A stretch of DNA of 64,000 bases, taken from NCBI GenBank assembly GCA_045599245.1, contig JAZRVP010000042.1, positions 6,351-70,350 on the forward strand, read 5' to 3'. This stretch comes from Myxococcota bacterium. GTDB lineage: Bacteria > Myxococcota_A > Bradymonadia > UBA4248. Of the stretch, positions 59,221 through 64,000 are shown in pieces. Both the position numbers and the translations under genes were made by a program. Under the pieces are notes generated by a model that saw only the letters and a list, made by a program, of their open reading frames with translations, had not been told where the DNA came from and ran no database searches. The number at the start of each line of letters is the position of its first letter. Within the stretch, counting starts at the first letter, position 1.

Positions 59221-60243
59221 ATGAAAACAAACGGCGACGATCTCATTAGTCTTTGGCTTAACCATTTTCAAGACGATGTCGATAATGCGCCGACCATTCC
59301 CCCCTCCCAATCTTCTGCATCTGAAAACGTTTCACATCCCGTTCAAAATACGCCTGAAACGCCAATCGCCTCTCGCGCGACCCCAATTCTCATCGGAAAA
59401 CTAGCCACCTATCTATCTAAAAAGCCCCCAAGAAAACTCCCTAATAAACTCGAAAAATGGTCTTCAAAAGACAAGCCCTGGACCATTGACAATGTTCAGA
59501 CAAAAGCCATTGTCGCCATGGCTCTCATTCTGGCTTCAGACCTCACGCGTTTTGCCTCCACAACTTTTTCAGAACCTCACCTCATCAAGGCAAGAAACGA
59601 AATCCTTGCCGACTTTTCGGCCAGAGAAGCTGTCAAAATTGAAGTCGAAGCATACGAACTTCTGCGATGGTTTGCAGCTTCCATGAATGAAAACTGGAAC
59701 GTTCAGGATACCCCGTCCGATACGTCTTCTACCCCGGAAACTTCGGAAGCGGCCATCATCAACATCATTACTAGGGCCATTCATAATCACTTCGATTTGA
59801 ACATGCGGTATTATACCAGCTCAAGCGGTAAATTTTCTGAACGAAGGATTACCCCTATCGAAGTCACAGCCGAAAAATTTCTCATTGCCTTTTGTCATCT
59901 TAGAAATGAAGAACGCGTCTTCAGACTTTCTAGAATCGTTCAGCTTTCCCCTGCTGATGGTTCAAATGATCCCTCTCTCATCTACCCAAATCCGGATGAC
60001 ACTAAACTTCCGCCTCTCGAAGCTCCCACTCCCAAAAAGAAAACACCCTCTAAAAAATCATCGAAACCCAAAACACCCCGTCCCAAATCCCCTCAAAAAA
60101 GCGAAAAAACGGCCTCTCCAAAATCAGAAAAGCCTTCAGCTCCAACACTTTTTGATTATTTAGATGCCCAAAAAGCCAAATCAAAAAAGAAAAAAGCCGA
60201 CTCCCAAAAGAAGCCGGCTGAACGATCGCTTTTTGACGATTAA
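59221..60243 (+). CDS. WYL-domain protein with Lys/Pro-rich tail
   Basis: AIHNHFDLNMRYY...ERRITP...FLIAFCHLRNEERVFRLSRI; possible promoter TTGACA-17-GATCAT at 59126-59154. Confidence 0.8.
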   Translation: MKTNGDDLISLWLNHFQDDVDNAPTIPPSQSSASENVSHPVQNTPETPIASRATPILIGKLATYLSKKPPRKLPNKLEKWSSKDKPWTIDNVQTKAIVAMALILASDLTRFASTTFSEPHLIKARNEILADFSAREAVKIEVEAYELLRWFAASMNENWNVQDTPSDTSSTPETSEAAIINIITRAIHNHFDLNMRYYTSSSGKFSERRITPIEVTAEKFLIAFCHLRNEERVFRLSRIVQLSPADGSNDPSLIYPNPDDTKLPPLEAPTPKKKTPSKKSSKPKTPRPKSPQKSEKTASPKSEKPSAPTLFDYLDAQKAKSKKKKADSQKKPAERSLFDD

Positions 60244-60249
60244 TATTCT

Positions 60250-60984
60250 CTATTCCTCTACAATCGTCATGCTCTCAATGTAATCGAGGTTCGGGAATTT
60301 GGATCGCAGATACATATTCCCTTCTTTCTGAATTTTGCCCTGATCAGGACGTTCACCGTATTCAAAGTTCAGGCTGTCGATAACTTCCATACCTGAAACA
60401 ACTTTTCCAATCGGCGGAAATCCCATCTGATCGAGACGAGGATTATCGGCAATATTGATGAAAAGCTGTGTCGTTCGCGAGTTTTTGCCGCCTTTGGCGA
60501 AGGTCAGTGTACCGCGAACATTAGATTCTGTGCCCATTTCATCCGTGATCGTGTTCTCACGCCACACATCATTGACGAGTGGTGAACCATGGATACCGAA
60601 TTGAATGACAAATCCGGGAACCATTCTAAAAAGCCCGATATCCGTATAAAAACCGGCCTTTACGAGATTATAGAATCGATCGACACCGAGACGAGCCCAT
60701 GTTCGCTGCACCTCGATGCGGAAGGTTCCCTTCGTCGTTTTAACATCGACAAAGAACTTGTCCGGGGCTCGATCAACCATCGTTTCCGGCTGAAGAAGAC
60801 GAGCCAACACATCGGCGGATGCTGCAGATGCCTCTGGGACACCGGCGGCCGCTTCAGGCGCTGCTGGCGCTGCCGCTACCGGCTCTGGCGCATTCACCTG
60901 TCCTTCGACCGTATTGTTTTTATTGGCCGAAGAACACGAACTTAACAAAAATAATGACATTAAAATGACTGCGAGTTTTTTCAT
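60250..60984 (-). CDS. Cyclophilin-type peptidyl-prolyl isomerase lipoprotein
   Basis: Lipobox LSSC; RFYNLV..GFY, FRMVPGFVIQFG, NSRTTQLFIN. Confidence 0.9.
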   Translation of the reverse strand: MKKLAVILMSLFLLSSCSSANKNNTVEGQVNAPEPVAAAPAAPEAAAGVPEASAASADVLARLLQPETMVDRAPDKFFVDVKTTKGTFRIEVQRTWARLGVDRFYNLVKAGFYTDIGLFRMVPGFVIQFGIHGSPLVNDVWRENTITDEMGTESNVRGTLTFAKGGKNSRTTQLFINIADNPRLDQMGFPPIGKVVSGMEVIDSLNFEYGERPDQGKIQKEGNMYLRSKFPNLDYIESMTIVEE

Positions 60985-61059
60985 CGTCTCACCTGCTATC
61001 CATTGCAGAAAAAGAAAAGGCCGTCTCACGACGGCCTGAACATTCATAACACTGTTCTG

Positions 61060-62316
61060 TTATTTCGTCGTCATGTTCACTATCGAATCGCCTGCCTGTT
61101 TGGCATGGTCAATTGACTGACGGCTATCCTCGACTTCTTTAACCAGATCATCAAGCTTGTTGTCGCTGCCCGTTGCACGTTTTCCCTGAACAATCGGGGC
61201 TGTCTGGCCTATGCCATCCTTGGTTCCGGCTTCCGGCTGTCCCCAGACAACCAGGACATCCGTGCTTTCATCCAAACCTTTGCGCTTGTCGCGCGAAAGA
61301 ACCTGAACGGATGCCTTTTTAAGCCTCAAGGTTTCCTTGATGCGATACGCAACATCATCAAACCCCTCTCGATACCATATCTGCGGCGTCTTTTCTTCTG
61401 TTCGACTCTCCCCAACAACGGCTATTGGCAAATTCGCTTTTTCAAGCTTCGTCTTCATATCCTTGACTCTTTGAACGCCAAGAACACCGGCCGCATTCAC
61501 CAAAGCTATGCTCACATACCCCGTTATCAGCTTGAAGTTCGGATTGTCACGAATATTGTCAAACTTCGGATCCGTACGCGCCGCTTCTATCCTCGACTGA
61601 GCCTCTTCATCATTCCATGTATTCAACTCTTCCAAATGACGAAGTGCCGGGCTCTCATCTCCCATTTCTGCATACGCCGTCGCCAAATCATATTTCGCGG
61701 CGACATCATATTCATTCACTTCCAGGGCATCTTTGTAGAGTGATATCGATTTCGAAACACTCTTCTTGCGCATCTCACTCGCTTTTTTCGCTATCGTGCG
61801 CGCTTCTTTTACCTTGTTCGCCGGAACATCCGGAACCTCATGCTTCCGATTCATCGCCGCAAATCGATTCTTCGACGATACCCCCTGGCCGGATATCGAT
61901 ATGTCCGTCACATGATTGTTGCATTCCAGTGTCTCCGGGATTTCCTCCCTCACTCGACCACTCGAATCTAATGGATGACGAGGAATACATATACGCGCCA
62001 ACGCCGCATCCGCTATCCCTCGATCATACGGATCCGTCGCTTTATGACTCACCGTACTGAACGCTATCGCAAACATCGACCGATCCTTGAGAGGAATGTC
62101 ATCGACATATCGGTACGTTTCCCACATCTTTGTGCAGTATGATATCTGAGACAAACTGTACGCATGCGGTGATGCCAACACTTCATCACAGTTGCCCTTC
62201 TTCTTGTCCCAATAATTCATCGTCGTATCTTTCGGACCATCATTCGTCGCACATGACGAAAAACATATTCCAAATGCCACAAGAAGGCTGGTTGCTATTA
62301 TCCTGCACTTTTTCAT
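61060..62316 (-). CDS. TPR-containing lipoprotein with LytR_C-like C-terminal domain
   Basis: Lipobox FSSC; YKDALEVN...AKYDLATAYA; LVNAAG...QIWYREG...DVLVVWG. Confidence 0.7.
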   Translation of the reverse strand: MKKCRIIATSLLVAFGICFSSCATNDGPKDTTMNYWDKKKGNCDEVLASPHAYSLSQISYCTKMWETYRYVDDIPLKDRSMFAIAFSTVSHKATDPYDRGIADAALARICIPRHPLDSSGRVREEIPETLECNNHVTDISISGQGVSSKNRFAAMNRKHEVPDVPANKVKEARTIAKKASEMRKKSVSKSISLYKDALEVNEYDVAAKYDLATAYAEMGDESPALRHLEELNTWNDEEAQSRIEAARTDPKFDNIRDNPNFKLITGYVSIALVNAAGVLGVQRVKDMKTKLEKANLPIAVVGESRTEEKTPQIWYREGFDDVAYRIKETLRLKKASVQVLSRDKRKGLDESTDVLVVWGQPEAGTKDGIGQTAPIVQGKRATGSDNKLDDLVKEVEDSRQSIDHAKQAGDSIVNMTTK

Positions 62317-62475
62317 CGGTAACCTCCTCTTCTGGTTGCATAATCACGCCTTTCTTCAAATGAAAGACTATCCAAACCTACTTATGCTACCCAAATAATG
62401 CCTCTCTCGCAACTTCATTCACCATTTTTAACCTCTACACGTCACAGCTCTGCCAAAGTCGCTTCTCATATCCAA

Positions 62476-62510
62476 CCACTAACCACTAATCACTAATCAC
62501 TAATCACTAA
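62476..62510. repeat. Short tandem 7-mer repeat (CACTAA[C/T]) x5
   Basis: CCACTAACCACTAATCACTAATCACTAATCACTAA. Confidence 0.75.
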
Positions 62511-62813
62511 CGCAGAGCCCCAGTGAGTAGTAACTCTATGCTTGCATTAAACCTCTGTTCCGCATTACGTTCTTGCACGCTTTTTTACGGGTCGGGGGGA
62601 AGTCTCCCCCCGCGCGGCTATCTGCGATACGCCGCTCCCCCCTCTTATTTCCTCTCACCCGATTACGTGTTTTCTCATGATCCCGAATGCTTTCGAATGC
62701 CTCATCCTCTTCATCTGCTTCATTCTCATTGCTACACTCATGAAAATGTTCCCTATCTGCAGATGGCTCGCTTGCAAAAAACTCGGCGTCAAAGACAATA
62801 ATGAGGGAAATGC

Positions 62814-64000
62814 ATGACCACTTCTCAAGTCATTGCTCAGGCTCTTCTTCCTTTCAAACCTCTCTTTGACGCATTCAACGACGCCGGCTTTCAACTCTAT
62901 GCCGTCGGCGGATGCGTCCGTGACTGGATCATCGGTACTCACCCCAAAGACGTCGATTTTACGACCGATGCGCTCCCCGATCAGACTCGCGATATCCTCA
63001 CTTCTCACGGTTGGAAAGTCATTCCCGTCGGCGAAGTCTTCGGAACTATCGCGACCCTCATTCATAAAAAACAATACGAAATTACCACCTTCCGCGTCCG
63101 TGAATCCTACACGCGCGGTTCCAGACACCCCATCGTCTGTTACGGAAAATCTCTCGCCGCAGATCTCGAAAGACGAGACCTCACCATCAACGCCATGGCC
63201 GCTTCTTTTGACGGGCAAATCATCGACCCGTTCGACGGGCTCGGTGATCTCGAACGCCATATCCTGCGCGTTCCAAGAAGTTCTTACGAACAATCCATGA
63301 GCATCTTCGGCGATGATCCTCTCCGTATGCTCAGACTCGCCAGATTCATGGCCCGACTCAGTTTCAATGCCGATCCGGACGCTACGCGCGCCGCAACCGA
63401 TATGGCTGGTTCCATTCTCTCCGTCAGCCATGAACGATGGTTCGCCGAAATCGACGGCCTTCTGCGTGCAAACAACCCCGTCCTCGGCATTCAATGGCTC
63501 TTAAATACCGGCATCTTCCAACTCATCTTTCCTGAATTCTCGGCACTTCACCTCATCCACCGTCAAAATACTTCTCTCTCTGACGGCACTCTCATCGACA
63601 CCGATGTATCCATTCTCAATCAAATCCTCTCTGCACTCTCAAATACAACAGCTGACGGCGATTTCAGATGGTACATCCTCCTCTATATGATCGGATATGC
63701 CGCTTCTACTCATGCCGATTGGGCCGCTTCAACCACTCAAATGATCGCAGCCGAAATTCTCGACAGACTCAAATTCTCTGCCGCCAGAAAATCTTCTCTT
63801 CTGCGAACCATATCCCTTCTTCCAGCCGGTCTTCCTTCATATCGAAACGCCCGGGAACTCGCCATTTTCCTCGCCGATGACATGGACAACTGGAACCGTT
63901 TTCAGGACATTCGACTCCTCGCCATCCCGGAACCTTACAGGACCTCAGAACGAGAACGCCTCACCGAATGGAGAACGGCCCTACAGCCTTACTTTGACAA
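62814..64000 (+). CDS. CCA tRNA nucleotidyltransferase / poly(A) polymerase family (runs off the right edge; absent from the ORF track)
   Basis: Manual translation from ATG 62814: LYAVGGCVRD, KDVDFTTDA, FGTI, EITTFR, DLERRDLTINAMA, DPFDGLGDL, DDPLRMLRLARF; RBS GAGGGA. Confidence 0.92.
   Translation, partial: MTTSQVIAQALLPFKPLFDAFNDAGFQLYAVGGCVRDWIIGTHPKDVDFTTDALPDQTRDILTSHGWKVIPVGEVFGTIATLIHKKQYEITTFRVRESYTRGSRHPIVCYGKSLAADLERRDLTINAMAASFDGQIIDPFDGLGDLERHILRVPRSSYEQSMSIFGDDPLRMLRLARFMARLSFNADPDATRAATDMAGSILSVSHERWFAEIDGLLRANNPVLGIQWLLNTGIFQLIFPEFSALHLIHRQNTSLSDGTLIDTDVSILNQILSALSNTTADGDFRWYILLYMIGYAASTHADWAASTTQMIAAEILDRLKFSAARKSSLLRTISLLPAGLPSYRNARELAIFLADDMDNWNRFQDIRLLAIPEPYRTSERERLTEWRTALQPYFD

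Noticed and set aside
62655-63494. 279-aa minus-strand ORF
   Set aside because: Antisense to the clear CCA-adding enzyme gene starting at 62814 on +.

Overview
A chromosomal window of a moderate-GC bacterium. The gene set (Cys-rich and FG-GAP lipoproteins, PEGA and TSP3 repeat proteins, Ser/Thr kinases, TPR and J-domain proteins) looks Myxococcota/Bradymonadales-like, mixed with anaerobe-type genes; this taxonomic reading is inference. Housekeeping genes include gyrA, rpe, phoH, an IHF/HU subunit, a FadD-like ligase, a Dus and a CCA-adding enzyme. Also present: a type IIG R-M gene, an fkp-kpsF-HAD sugar cluster, three tandem mosaic FG-GAP adhesin paralogs, a 7TM-HD phosphodiesterase with 46 SDK repeats, and a membrane-anchored RelA/SpoT synthetase divergent from a WYL gene. 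The strongest candidate for something new is non-coding. A ~450-520 bp ORF-free element occurs three times (2392-2899 +, 23100-23619 -, 49604-50067 +). Its stems show compensatory base changes and G-U wobbles on one strand only, and it has a predicted loop-loop pseudoknot, a conserved promoter-like 5' end and a conserved IHF site at the 3' end. This fits a large structured ncRNA that I could not assign to a known family. Intergenic spaces also hold IS5-like MITEs and a family of bulged hairpin repeats (CTA...TACG) whose structure, but not sequence, is conserved. All alignments and folds were done by eye; no searches were run.
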